The notes under the pieces were generated by a model. It searched no databases. It was not told where the DNA came from and was given only the letters and a program-made list of their open reading frames with translations. A stretch of DNA of 64,000 bases from a bacterium. Its GTDB lineage: Bacteria; CSSED10-310; JAFGSJ01. Both the position numbers and the translations under genes were made by a program. The DNA lies in the NCBI GenBank assembly GCA_016934675.1, contig JAFGSJ010000051.1:75387-139386 (forward strand), written 5' to 3'. Shown here piece after piece: positions 1 to 10,177 of this stretch (position 1 is the stretch's first letter; the number at the start of each line of letters is the position of its first letter).

Positions 1-1216
1 TCGCGCCGCTTATCTTGATCCGGTTGACCCAAACCTTTTCTCCTTCCACAATCTGGTAGACTATCCTGTTACCCCGCTTATCAGCGATTGTCTCGCTGCT
101 GACCTTCACTTCAACATTTTCATAGCCCTTGTTTTTATAGAGGAGTTCGATGTTCTCGCACCCTTTTTCAAGACTGCGCTGACCTGCCTCACCTCTTTTG
201 ATGACGGGCAATAGATCGACAGGAGCAAAATCCAGCACTGAACCGATAATGGATTGGCGATTGATCCAAGGGAGATACCAGTACCAGTTCCAGAGATGGC
301 GTTTATACTCGAACTCGAGCTGGATCATGGGGCCGGGATCGATACTCAGGTCCATGATAATGTCGGCGGTTTCCGGATTATACTCGATTCGATCAATAGC
401 ACAGCGGGACTGATAATAGCCAAACCGGCGATAGTATTCCTCTGTTTTTTTCAAATCCTGTTCGAATTGGTCCTGACGGAACCGATTCAACTTCCATTTG
501 TTGATCCGATAAACTTTGGAAATATTGAAGGTGTCAATATCGACCCGCTGCTGTTTGATATTATAATCCTTTATTCGCGCAGCTTTACCCCGGTTGATCA
601 CAATTTCAACCCGGACCGTTCGATTCTTATTGTCAAAGTGCGAGTTGACCTGCACATCGCAATTCCAGTAACCGTCGTCACGAAACATTTTCTTTATGAT
701 GTTGACTGTTTCCTTTTCTTTCTGGTTCGTGAAGGTCCCACCTTTTTGCAGGGTTATCCTTTCCCTGATATCATTCTGGGCGATCTGGGTTGCACCTAGC
801 CAGGGCAGGCGGGTATAACCGCCTCGAATTAACAGGGAATCGATGATATAGGCTTTAACACAGCGAAAGGTTACGGCCACCCCATTGTCTTTCAGAGAAC
901 CCGACACACTGATATTTTCGAAAAATTCACTTAAATAAAGGCGTTCGATATTACTGCGGACCAGGTCAGGGGTCAGAGTTTGCCCGGATTCGATATCCAG
1001 GAGTCGTTTTATCCTTTTGTGATCGTAGGGAAAAGGTGTGTCGATGAGTATCTCTCGAACGGGCAATTCTCTCCAATGACTGGTCTGGTTGAACAACTGT
1101 TCGACATGATCAAATGGGGCTATTCGGGTTGAATCCTGCTCGGCCTGTTGGGCAGAAACCAGTGCAACCCAGAAAATGCAACTCATAGTCCCCAGAAGTA
1201 TCAAGGTATTTCTCAT
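1..1216 (-). CDS. Omp85-family outer-membrane protein (TamA/BamA-like), N-terminal part. The gene runs off the window start. It has a signal peptide followed by POTRA-like repeats.
   Basis: My own reverse-strand translation from ATG at 1216..1214 gives MRNTLILLGTMSCIFWVALVSAQQAEQ..., a signal peptide. It continues as an uninterrupted reading frame to position 1 with POTRA-like segments. It lies directly downstream of the tamB-like gene on the same strand. The six-frame track does not list it because it is open-ended. Confidence 0.5.
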   Translation of the reverse strand, partial: MRNTLILLGTMSCIFWVALVSAQQAEQDSTRIAPFDHVEQLFNQTSHWRELPVREILIDTPFPYDHKRIKRLLDIESGQTLTPDLVRSNIERLYLSEFFENISVSGSLKDNGVAVTFRCVKAYIIDSLLIRGGYTRLPWLGATQIAQNDIRERITLQKGGTFTNQKEKETVNIIKKMFRDDGYWNCDVQVNSHFDNKNRTVRVEIVINRGKAARIKDYNIKQQRVDIDTFNISKVYRINKWKLNRFRQDQFEQDLKKTEEYYRRFGYYQSRCAIDRIEYNPETADIIMDLSIDPGPMIQLEFEYKRHLWNWYWYLPWINRQSIIGSVLDFAPVDLLPVIKRGEAGQRSLEKGCENIELLYKNKGYENVEVKVSSETIADKRGNRIVYQIVEGEKVWVNRIKISGA

Positions 1217-1295
1217 GATCATTATCTCGAAGCCATCAGATACACTTTAAACACCTTCTAACACTTTCAGCAATGGACCGTCCTTTCCCAGGTAT

Positions 1296-4200
1296 TCACG
1301 GGAAAGGAAACCTGAATCGCAGGTCCACACTATAGCTATTATCAGTATTTCGAAACATCTCGATCGATAAACGCCGACTCAATTCTCTCTCGACGGAGAT
1401 GATGTTATAATCGGTCGAGTCAGGGGTGATTGTCGTCGTGATATACCAACCGCTGATTTCCGTACCGGCTGTTATTTGAAAATTCCCCCAGCTTCCAGCC
1501 GCCCCTGTCCCTGACACGGGAACGACCTGGAATTTGTCTATGGCGAATAACTCTTTAACTCGATTGATAATCTCATTGTCCAAGACGTTACTCAAAACAA
1601 TATCCTGGGCGAATTTTGAATATTCGTCCGTACCTGATCCGCCCTGTTCCAAATTGAGCTGGCCGGTCAGGAGCAGAGAAAGAATTTGGTTTTTTGTCAA
1701 ATCCTGATCCGAATTGAAGCTGAGAATGAAGTCGGGATATTCGCCAGTCAGATTGACAGAAATAGTATAGCCCTGTATTTCGCTTTCAGCTTGAACATCG
1801 AAAGTCGGATAGAAACCTTTTGGGTTGAGAAAAGAGATCAATCCGGTTTCGATATTCAGGACCCGATCGTCAAAATTGATCTGGCCACTCTCCACCTCAA
1901 GATTACCCTGCAATCTCGGCGAAAGCAGATCGCCTGCCAGCGAAATATCCGTCCTGAATTCACTGATTAAATCATCGGAGACCACCGTGATCGGTTCTAC
2001 ACTCTTAATGTCGATGTTAAATGTCGGATTAAACAACACTTCAGTAGAGGCTGCCGTCTCCTGCGGCCGGGCCAGCAGGGCCTCACGCAAAATATCGAGC
2101 AGTATCGCCCGGATGTTGATATCGGCTTCATACAGGTTTCTATGAATGTGAACGAACCCGTTAACATGCGGTTTGAGCAAGGTCTTAGAAACAGAAAGCT
2201 CGGTGGCAATTTCCCCTTCGAAACCGTCTGGGTAGTCTATCTGCAAGTTCTGACCTTCAATGGTCAAATCCAATTCAGTGGCAAAGGGATCAAAATCCTG
2301 ATTGAAATCAGGCAAGAGTGCGCCACCGGTGAGGCTGATCAGACCGGTACCCAGGGCAGCACTGCCCTGATTGAGATCGATGACTTGATTATTCATCACT
2401 AAAACCAGATCGATGTCTTTAAACTCCAATGGCACTTCACGCAAGACGAAAACACCACCGTAAAGCAATCCCTCGACAAAATAATAGGGGCGTTCAAATG
2501 TACCTTCAATATTGAGTCCAATAGTACTGATACCTTGTGCATACTTGATTTCAGGTTCAAGGCTGGTTAACAGTTCAAGATCGAGCTCACCCTCGGCACC
2601 GATCCTTAAAAAATCCTTCATGAGATCAAGTTCACCGGACAGATAAAACTGGGATCTTTCACCAACCATAGTCACTGGCTGAAAAGACAAGTGCCCTTGG
2701 TCGAGACTCATTATGACCGGGTTGGCATTCTGAAGGGGATAATCAGGCAGACCAAACGAAAAGTTTTCGAGTATGACACGAGCGTCAATCTGCTCGAGAG
2801 CAGCGTAATTTCCCATGATTTCAGCTTTTCCCGTCGTCCGCCCCACAAAACTATCCAGGTTGACATCCATGAGTTTGAAATAAGGAACAATATTGGTATT
2901 CGAGAGTGCGAGTTCGGCGGTTTCGATAGTTTTATGCTCCAGATTGAGTTCACATACCGCCTGGATACCCTGTTCGAGAAGCGAAGCGTTTATTCGAGCT
3001 GTCTGGGCATTCAGATCAAACTGCATTTGGGCAATACCCAAGGGGGTCCCGTGCAGATGAACATCATATACGGTAAATGAGGCATTGATCTTAGGAGCAT
3101 GAATGGAGCCCTCACCGCTGATGGAACCGGCCAACACCCCTGAAAATGGGACCTGGTAATATTCAAGAGAATTGATCAGGTTGGATGAGAGACGTCCGGT
3201 GGACAGGTCCATGGAATAATAGCCCCTGTTATCCAGGCTCGCCCGTCCGACTATTTCCGATAGTCCTTTATCAGCATCAAAAAACAGGTTTTTCAACGGG
3301 GAGATTGACAGTTGGTTCTGGTCTACTGCCAGATTTGCCTGGATTTGAAAAATCCTTTGCCCGAAAAGATTAAGATTGCGGAGCAGCATGGAAGCCGTTC
3401 CATCAAGGTGTGTCTTGTTTTCAAGGGCGGCATTCAGATTGACCATACCTTCAAGTTCAGTCATTCCCGTGAAAAGATGGGCCAGTTGATCGAGCGGGAA
3501 GTTACGCACATTTGTTTCGAGCTTGAACTGGGGCAGAACAGCCCGGATACGCTCCAAATTTTCCAGATTTTCTTTACTGAAAACCGAGGTATCAATCTTT
3601 GCGAGAGTGATCAGGTCGACATTCCCGGACAGGTTGGCGAGCATTTCGCCCTGTCGTGCTTGAAAATCGTACACATATGCTTTCTGTTTGACTAAGCCGA
3701 TATGAGCAGTCAAGGTTTCGAATCGCAACGTTTCGATGGAAATCGGGCTGCATTCCAGCCGGGCCTCGAAGTCAGGGGAACTGATCGGACCACTTATAGT
3801 GCCCTCAAGCTTACCCTGTCCGCCAACCAAGATTTTCTGCTTAAGTTGCGGACGTTTGGGCAAGAGCTTTCGGGTCTTTTCCTGATTGAGCTGAGCATGA
3901 ATCTGTTTCGGGACTTTTCCTTCAAAAGTCTTAGTAATGAGAGTGTACAGCCCACTCAGGTCAGATGATTGGACCTGATAACTCCCCGCGACCTGGCCTT
4001 CCTGGGAGAGTTGCGCTTTAAAGTCCAGGCTTGTAGCGAGAATCTGGGCCGTCAGCTTCTTCAGGTCCAGTTTCCCACGCTCAAAAACCAGGTCCGCCAT
4101 GCAGTAATCACCTTTAATGAGCGGCATTTTGGGGCTGTGCTGATTGTTCTCCTTCCTGAATTGGCAGTCAAGTTGGACCTTGCCCCGCATGTGTTCCAGA

Positions 4201-5441
4201 TCATAATCATTTCCCTGAAACTGAACCTGCCCCGCCATAATCCCATCAATGAGCGGATGCCGTTCGAGCATATGCTGAATGATACCAAGAGAGCATGATT
4301 GGAGATCGAGCTCCGCCGCAAAATCCGTCTGGTCCAGAAAATGCAAGTGCCCCTGTCCCTTCACCTGACCATCCGCGAAGACAAGTGATAGTTTTTGAGT
4401 GCTCAATGTGCCATCCTGATACGATAGTTGAGCAGAAGCCGGACCGTAGGTGATTTTCCAGAGATTGGCCCCCGGTTTGAGGTCCAACTCGGAAAGCACG
4501 ATCAGTTTATCGGCCAGCCCCTTGACTGTTCCACGCAGGTCAGCCGTACCGTTCATCGCTACGGGCACCAATAAACCCGTAGCAATATCGTTCAAATCAA
4601 GAGAAGCTTTGACCTCAAAATCCATATCCGGATAGGCAAAGTTGGTCAGTCTGCCCCGGGTTGCTTCGAGTCTGGTCGAATGCCCAATCTGCAGGAATAA
4701 GGGTTTTTCGGACAATGTGACCCCTGCCGCATCCACAATAAGTCGTTCTCCGGTAAGGCTGGCCGTAACATCCATGATATCAACCATGGTCAGATGAACA
4801 GCGTCCAACTGCAGGCGTGTTTCATAGACGTACTGGTCCCGGTCAATCCTGCGTCCACTCAATTTCACTGCCGGAACATGTAACTCCAACTCCTCCTCTG
4901 GAAGCCACATATCGAAACGTCCGGCATTCAATTCGAACCGCTCGGCCTGGACCATACGGAATATCCGCTGAACCCTCATCTGGTCAGAGGTCTCATCATT
5001 AGGGGATGATCCTGGCTCCGAGCCGGGGATGTTGGTCGTGTCGTTTTCGAGTATTTCGAGTGTAAATACAGGCTCCTGGATAAATAAAGTGACGAAATAG
5101 AGTTGTCCGGTCAGCAACAGTTCGAGATTAATCTGACCGGAAACGCGTTTGATTTCAATCCAATTCGGTTGCCGGGCCCAGGTCGGATTCGCCACCTTGA
5201 AATCCTTTATTTCGAAGTAGCCCCAGGGATTGATGTGCAACGAACCCAGCGAAACCGGTCTTTGAAAGGTCGAAGTCAGTAAATCGACTGTGAGATGTTC
5301 CAGATTGTGGGTGATATAGATCAACAGGCCTGCAATGAGCACAACTAAGGACAAGAGCAGAATGACCAGGAGTCGAAAAACACGCCGTCCCACATGTGCC
5401 AGTGATGATTCTGACTTGCTGCCCTGGTCGTGCTTTTTCAC
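1296..5441 (-). CDS. tamB: TamB/AsmA-like translocation and assembly module protein, 1381 aa. N-terminal signal-anchor helix with a long beta-rich periplasmic body.
   Basis: Size is 1381 aa. There is a single N-terminal TM segment (RRVFRLLVILLLSLVVLIAGLLIY). The C-terminal DUF490-like end is aromatic-rich (...DLRFRFPFP). It is followed on the same strand by an Omp85 gene. Confidence 0.6.
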   Translation of the reverse strand: MKKHDQGSKSESSLAHVGRRVFRLLVILLLSLVVLIAGLLIYITHNLEHLTVDLLTSTFQRPVSLGSLHINPWGYFEIKDFKVANPTWARQPNWIEIKRVSGQINLELLLTGQLYFVTLFIQEPVFTLEILENDTTNIPGSEPGSSPNDETSDQMRVQRIFRMVQAERFELNAGRFDMWLPEEELELHVPAVKLSGRRIDRDQYVYETRLQLDAVHLTMVDIMDVTASLTGERLIVDAAGVTLSEKPLFLQIGHSTRLEATRGRLTNFAYPDMDFEVKASLDLNDIATGLLVPVAMNGTADLRGTVKGLADKLIVLSELDLKPGANLWKITYGPASAQLSYQDGTLSTQKLSLVFADGQVKGQGHLHFLDQTDFAAELDLQSCSLGIIQHMLERHPLIDGIMAGQVQFQGNDYDLEHMRGKVQLDCQFRKENNQHSPKMPLIKGDYCMADLVFERGKLDLKKLTAQILATSLDFKAQLSQEGQVAGSYQVQSSDLSGLYTLITKTFEGKVPKQIHAQLNQEKTRKLLPKRPQLKQKILVGGQGKLEGTISGPISSPDFEARLECSPISIETLRFETLTAHIGLVKQKAYVYDFQARQGEMLANLSGNVDLITLAKIDTSVFSKENLENLERIRAVLPQFKLETNVRNFPLDQLAHLFTGMTELEGMVNLNAALENKTHLDGTASMLLRNLNLFGQRIFQIQANLAVDQNQLSISPLKNLFFDADKGLSEIVGRASLDNRGYYSMDLSTGRLSSNLINSLEYYQVPFSGVLAGSISGEGSIHAPKINASFTVYDVHLHGTPLGIAQMQFDLNAQTARINASLLEQGIQAVCELNLEHKTIETAELALSNTNIVPYFKLMDVNLDSFVGRTTGKAEIMGNYAALEQIDARVILENFSFGLPDYPLQNANPVIMSLDQGHLSFQPVTMVGERSQFYLSGELDLMKDFLRIGAEGELDLELLTSLEPEIKYAQGISTIGLNIEGTFERPYYFVEGLLYGGVFVLREVPLEFKDIDLVLVMNNQVIDLNQGSAALGTGLISLTGGALLPDFNQDFDPFATELDLTIEGQNLQIDYPDGFEGEIATELSVSKTLLKPHVNGFVHIHRNLYEADINIRAILLDILREALLARPQETAASTEVLFNPTFNIDIKSVEPITVVSDDLISEFRTDISLAGDLLSPRLQGNLEVESGQINFDDRVLNIETGLISFLNPKGFYPTFDVQAESEIQGYTISVNLTGEYPDFILSFNSDQDLTKNQILSLLLTGQLNLEQGGSGTDEYSKFAQDIVLSNVLDNEIINRVKELFAIDKFQVVPVSGTGAAGSWGNFQITAGTEISGWYITTTITPDSTDYNIISVERELSRRLSIEMFRNTDNSYSVDLRFRFPFP

Positions 5442-5611
5442 GCTGATCTTCCTGTTTCTGATTGATTCTCGCTGCTTTATGGGTAAAAGTATATCGTTTC
5501 ATCGTTGAAAATACAAGAAGGTGAACCGGAGACCCACTTTCATAAAAAAGTTTGATGTTCTAAGTAAATGGAGAAACCTGAGAAATAGGAAACATTGGAG
5601 GAAGCTGAATC

Positions 5612-6982
5612 ATGAAGAATCGTTTACAGGACCTGGTCCGAAAATACAAAAGCAAATGTGATTATCTCGAGGTCCGCATCGAAGAGATAGAGCGTCTCGA
5701 GTTCGGGCTCTCCACCCGGGAAATGCGTGATGTGAAGACAGTTTTTGACCTGGGCGGAGCCATTCGAGCCTGCTGCCGGGGTGGCTGGGGCTTTGCCTCG
5801 ATCAACGCCCTCGACCAACTCGAACGCTTTATTCCACAGGTCATCGAGCAGGCTCGCAAGGTAGGACATACCAGGACGCAGCTTGCTGATTTCGATGCTG
5901 TTGAGAAAGATGTCCCGATTATCATTGTAACCGATCCGCGTTCGGTCCCCCTTAAGGACAAGGTCGAATTGTTTCGGGCATATAACGATCGGGTCCTATC
6001 CTATCATCCGGCTATCAAAAACAGTAATGTCCATTACAGTGAAAATTTTGTCCGCAAAACGCTGGCCACCTCGGAAGGAACATTGCTGACACGAGACCTG
6101 CTTGACCTGTCCTGCGGGATAAGCCCGACTGCCCGCAAGAACGGACAGTCACAATTCACCTCGGTTTCGCGTGGGAGCAGTAATGATTATGCGGTTGTCT
6201 TGGGACTCGAACCTGAGATCGAGCGTGCCTGTCAGATTGCAGTCGAACTCATCGATGCTTCTCCGGTCGTGGGAGGGAAGTATCCGGTCGTGGTCGATAC
6301 CCATCTGGGCGGTACATTTGCTCACGAGGCATTCGGACATTTCAGTGAAGCCGACGACTATATGGATAATCCTTCGATCAGAGAAACCTTTCCTCTCGGC
6401 AAAAAAATCGGTTCCGACGGACTGACTATATATGATACCGGTTTGGATATTGGTACACGCGGCTATACTCCCTTTGATGATGAAGGTGTGCCCGGCCAGA
6501 AAACGCTCTTACTCGAACATGGTATTCTGGTGGGCCGGTTGCACAACAGGGAATCCGCAGCCAAATTCAACGAACCGTTGACGGGGAGTGCTCGGGCCAA
6601 GGATTACACCTTTCCACCGGTCTGCCGGATGCGGAATACCTGCATCGCCAATGGCACCGCCAGCTTCGAGGAACTGCTCGAGGGTATTGACCAGGGCGTC
6701 TATGCCATTCAATCCATTGGTGGACACGGCGGAGAAATGTTCTCTTTTACCGCTCTGTATGGCTTTATGATCAGAAAGGGACGCTTGGCCGAAATGGTCC
6801 GCGATGTCTCACTTTCAGGGAACCTCTTTACCACCCTGATGAATATCGATCGTATCGGGAACGACTTTACCATTCAAGACAGTAGCGGTGGTTGCGGGAA
6901 GGGGGGACAGTTTCCCTTACCTGTGACCAGTTCTTCCCCCCATTTCCGGATTAAGGAAGCCACGGTAGGAGGCGCACTATGA
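5612..6982 (+). CDS. tldD: TldD-family metalloprotease
   Basis: HEAFGH (HExxxH) metal-binding motif. Length 456 aa. It is followed by a paralogous PmbA-like gene with a 4-bp ATGA overlap, which is the classic tldD/tldE pair. Confidence 0.85.
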   Translation: MKNRLQDLVRKYKSKCDYLEVRIEEIERLEFGLSTREMRDVKTVFDLGGAIRACCRGGWGFASINALDQLERFIPQVIEQARKVGHTRTQLADFDAVEKDVPIIIVTDPRSVPLKDKVELFRAYNDRVLSYHPAIKNSNVHYSENFVRKTLATSEGTLLTRDLLDLSCGISPTARKNGQSQFTSVSRGSSNDYAVVLGLEPEIERACQIAVELIDASPVVGGKYPVVVDTHLGGTFAHEAFGHFSEADDYMDNPSIRETFPLGKKIGSDGLTIYDTGLDIGTRGYTPFDDEGVPGQKTLLLEHGILVGRLHNRESAAKFNEPLTGSARAKDYTFPPVCRMRNTCIANGTASFEELLEGIDQGVYAIQSIGGHGGEMFSFTALYGFMIRKGRLAEMVRDVSLSGNLFTTLMNIDRIGNDFTIQDSSGGCGKGGQFPLPVTSSSPHFRIKEATVGGAL

Positions 6983-8301
6983 CCTGGAAACAGAAAATTG
7001 AGAATTCGACCTGTCCCAGCGAGCTTTTTTTCAATTCATACGAGACGAGAACCGTCAAATTCAAGGAGCGTCAGCTGAACGAGATCGAGACCAAGGAAAA
7101 CGACGCTCTGGTCTGTCGTCTGATCAAGGACGGTCGGATCGGCATGTCATCGGGGTCAGGTCAAGTCCCCTTCGATCGACTGTATTCATCATCGCTGCAG
7201 AATGCCGTCTATGGCAAGGAGGCCCAATTTTCATTTGTAGCCGGTCCGGGAAATCCCGAGGAGTGGACCAACATCGATCCTGCCCTCGAGCAAATCAGTA
7301 CTGACGAGTTGATTGATCGAGGTCAGAATGTGACCGATCGACTCACTCATGATTTGCCTGATTATAGCAGTAATGTCGGGCTGAGTATTGGCGATGAAAA
7401 ATCACGAATTATCAATAATGCCGGTCTTGACCGGAGCTATCGTCAAAACTCAGCCGGATTATCATATAGCCTGGATAAAACGAGCGAGGGTGACATGATC
7501 ATGTTCGCTTCATATTTCCATCATCTACCCACAAATGATGAATTGGAAGAAGCGATCGAACATGATGTAGAACTGGTTAAACTCTGTGAAAACGTCGTCT
7601 CGCTCGCACCGGGTAAGTATCCGGTCCTGTTTCATCCCGTTTCGATGACATTTCTCTGGGAACCTTTGTATACCGCCCTGAACGGCAATAATATCTATCA
7701 ACAGATGTCTCCTCTCAAGGACAGAATAGGCGAACTGATTTTCTCAGAACAACTGACGATTTGGGATGATCCGAGCTGGCTCGAAGGTATGAATCGCTGC
7801 CACTTTGATGACGAGGGCGTCATGGTCAATAAGAATGTGCTGGTAGAACGAGGCGTACTCCGCTCGCACCTGCACAATCTCGATACCGCAGCCAAGCTTG
7901 GCCTGCAATCGACCGGACATGGTTTCCGAAAAAACTGGTTAACCAACCAACGTGAATTGGAAGTCTCTCCGCGGATCATGCCCACCAATCGATTGATCAC
8001 ACCCGGTCATACTCCCGTGGCCGAACTCATGCGAGGTATCGATACGGGCCTCTTACTGTGGTTTACTTTCGATTGCTGGATCGGCAATCTGATCAATGGC
8101 GATTTCTCGGGCACAATCGATCTGGGTTTCAAGGTCCAGAAAGGCAAACCGGTCGGTAGAATCAAGAACATGCGAATCTCGGGCAATATCTATACTCTTT
8201 TTGGTCAGCAACTGGTCTCTCTCTCTGACACCAGATTGAATTCTCTGACCGGATATGATTTGTTTCCCCATATCCTGTGCAAAGACGTGTCCCTGGCTTG
8301 A
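6979..8301 (+). CDS. pmbA: PmbA/TldE-family protein, partner of TldD
   Basis: 440 aa TldD/PmbA-family paralog lacking HExxxH. It is translationally coupled to tldD. Confidence 0.8.
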   Translation: MTWKQKIENSTCPSELFFNSYETRTVKFKERQLNEIETKENDALVCRLIKDGRIGMSSGSGQVPFDRLYSSSLQNAVYGKEAQFSFVAGPGNPEEWTNIDPALEQISTDELIDRGQNVTDRLTHDLPDYSSNVGLSIGDEKSRIINNAGLDRSYRQNSAGLSYSLDKTSEGDMIMFASYFHHLPTNDELEEAIEHDVELVKLCENVVSLAPGKYPVLFHPVSMTFLWEPLYTALNGNNIYQQMSPLKDRIGELIFSEQLTIWDDPSWLEGMNRCHFDDEGVMVNKNVLVERGVLRSHLHNLDTAAKLGLQSTGHGFRKNWLTNQRELEVSPRIMPTNRLITPGHTPVAELMRGIDTGLLLWFTFDCWIGNLINGDFSGTIDLGFKVQKGKPVGRIKNMRISGNIYTLFGQQLVSLSDTRLNSLTGYDLFPHILCKDVSLA

Positions 8302-8541
8302 TTCTATCTTCTTGAAAGACACCTATCCACTTTTCTCAGGTGCCTTTTTCGCGGTTACCATGGATTTCAACTCGTGTTTTCCTTCAGGTTGAGCCTCTTT
8401 GCTGGAATCTTATCTTGTTGTGAGGAGCTTCAAGAGGAGCAACATACGTTCAAAGGAGGACCATAACAAGTGTCCCTTTGAGGCGATTGGATAATAAACC
8501 ATAGCCCCGAACAATAAGCCACCCAATGGTGTAGAGGCTTG

Positions 8542-8856
8542 TTATCGCAATTTTTCACGTTCGGATAATATGAAATTTCGAAGCTGACGTTCACCTCTCA
8601 TAATGTAGAGGATGTAAACTGATCCCTTTTCAAAACGATAAAAAATTCGGCAGGGACCAACTATTTTTTCGCGATATTGCGTCCGCTTCAATTCAGGAGG
8701 TCTTCTTCCGGATTCAGGATACTTTTCAAGTTTTTCGACGACATTAAATACTTTTTGGACAAGTCTTTTCGCCGCGCCAACGTCATCCAGTGAAATATAT
8801 TCCGCGATCTCTTCCAAATCCTGAAGCGCCGGCTCTGTCCAGATCAGTCGAGCCAT
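8542..8856 (-). CDS. Type II toxin, RelE/ParE family
   Basis: 104 aa, basic, with a C-terminal beta-rich segment (GSVYILYIMRGERQL). It overlaps the upstream Phd/YefM-like gene by 13 nt, as is typical for TA pairs. Confidence 0.6.
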   Translation of the reverse strand: MARLIWTEPALQDLEEIAEYISLDDVGAAKRLVQKVFNVVEKLEKYPESGRRPPELKRTQYREKIVGPCRIFYRFEKGSVYILYIMRGERQLRNFILSEREKLR

Positions 8857-9101
8857 TTCTTCATTACTTCTCTCGCATTTATTTTTGAAACAGTTTTCTT
8901 TTCAATAATTGCGCGTTCGCCTCTGGCTATCCCCTCAAGAATTTCCATGCGAGTTTGCATTAATTCATAATCATCAGCATCAACTAAGTATGCGGAAGGT
9001 TTGCCATGTTCTGTGATTAACACTGGTTCACGATTTTTGTGCAATTCAGCCAAAATTCGTGTCGCTTCTCTTTTTAAAGTAGTTACGATTTCAGTTTTCA
9101 T
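8844..9101 (-). CDS. Type II antitoxin, Phd/YefM family
   Basis: 85 aa. N-terminal Phd/YefM-like fold signature (EATRILAELHKNREPVLITEHGKPSAYLV). It sits upstream of and overlaps the toxin gene. Confidence 0.65.
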   Translation of the reverse strand: MKTEIVTTLKREATRILAELHKNREPVLITEHGKPSAYLVDADDYELMQTRMEILEGIARGERAIIEKKTVSKINAREVMKKWLD

Positions 9102-9105
9102 AATA

Positions 9106-9121
9106 TGATACTATAGTATCA
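9106..9121. promoter_or_regulatory. Perfect 16-bp palindrome TGATACTATAGTATCA, 5 bp upstream of the antitoxin start. Candidate autoregulatory operator overlapping -10-like hexamers.
   Basis: The sequence equals its own reverse complement. It contains TATAGT and TATACT hexamers. Phd/YefM-type antitoxins are known to bind palindromic operators. Confidence 0.4.
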
Positions 9122-9434
9122 CTTTTGAAAATGTCAAGTTGTTTGTCCGGACCCAGTGATATAGGATAGTTGGTCCGAGACCATGGCTTTCGGGCGATCC
9201 GGTCCATGCGACCGAGCTGTTTTCACATCATCAGAAAGGATGCTTTGTACTGTTAGCTCACAAACTCGATCCCGATCAACCAGCCGGACTGGATGCCCGA
9301 GGTGTTCCGGAAGGCTACAAAGAGCAATATTTCATCGAGAATGATCTGTGACTATGCTGAATGTGTGGTGAAACCGGACGTGTCAAAGATTCCTGTTTCC
9401 AGAACCAGGACGAAATCAGTATAGCGGGTGTTGA

Positions 9435-10154
9435 TCAACTGATCAGGGCGAGCATGTCTCTGATCGCACGTTCAAGGCCGACATAGACGGCCCGAGCGAT
9501 AATCGAGTGGCCGATATTGAATTCTTCGATCAAGGGAATGGCTGCGATCGGTTTGATATTCTGGTAGGTCAGGCCATGACCGGCATGGACAACAAGGCCT
9601 AAATCCCGGCCCAATTGTGTCCCCTGGATGATCTGATCGAGCTCTGTCCGATATTCATGATTACTCCAGGCCCGGGCATACGAGCCCGTATGCAGTTCGA
9701 TAGCGTCAGCCCCCAGGGCCCGGGCTTGTTCTATTACAGGGAGCACAGGATCGATGAACAGACTGACCTCGATGGCGTGCTTGTGGAGTTGTTTGATGGC
9801 TGATGCAATCGGTTTTGCTTGTGCCATAATGTCCAGACCGCCTTCAGTGGTAACTTCCTGCCTCTTTTCCGGAACCAGGGTCACCTGATTGGGCAAAACA
9901 CGTGCGGCAATCTTCAACATTTCAGGTGTCGCAGCCATCTCCAGATTCAATTTCATCTTGGTGACCACCTGACGCATCAGATCGAGATCGCGGTCCTGAA
10001 TATGACGACGGTCTTCACGGAGATGGATCGTTACACCGTGCCCCCCGGCCAATTCGACTATATATGCACCAAAAACAGGGTCCGGTTCATTGGTCTTCCG
10101 TGCCTCTCGAATCGTGGCAATATGATCAAGATTGACCCCTAACTTTGCCATCAT
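9435..10154 (-). CDS. pdxJ: Pyridoxine 5'-phosphate synthase
   Basis: N-terminus MMAKLGVNLDHIATIREAR is the PdxJ TIM-barrel signature. Length 239 aa. Confidence 0.85.
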   Translation of the reverse strand: MMAKLGVNLDHIATIREARKTNEPDPVFGAYIVELAGGHGVTIHLREDRRHIQDRDLDLMRQVVTKMKLNLEMAATPEMLKIAARVLPNQVTLVPEKRQEVTTEGGLDIMAQAKPIASAIKQLHKHAIEVSLFIDPVLPVIEQARALGADAIELHTGSYARAWSNHEYRTELDQIIQGTQLGRDLGLVVHAGHGLTYQNIKPIAAIPLIEEFNIGHSIIARAVYVGLERAIRDMLALIS

Positions 10155-10177
10155 ATTCTCCTTTTCATCGATCTGCT

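Noticed and set aside
254-799. 181-aa + strand ORF from the six-frame track
   Set aside because: It lies antisense inside the much longer, signal-peptide-bearing Omp85 reading frame on the minus strand (1..1216). There is no recognisable domain.
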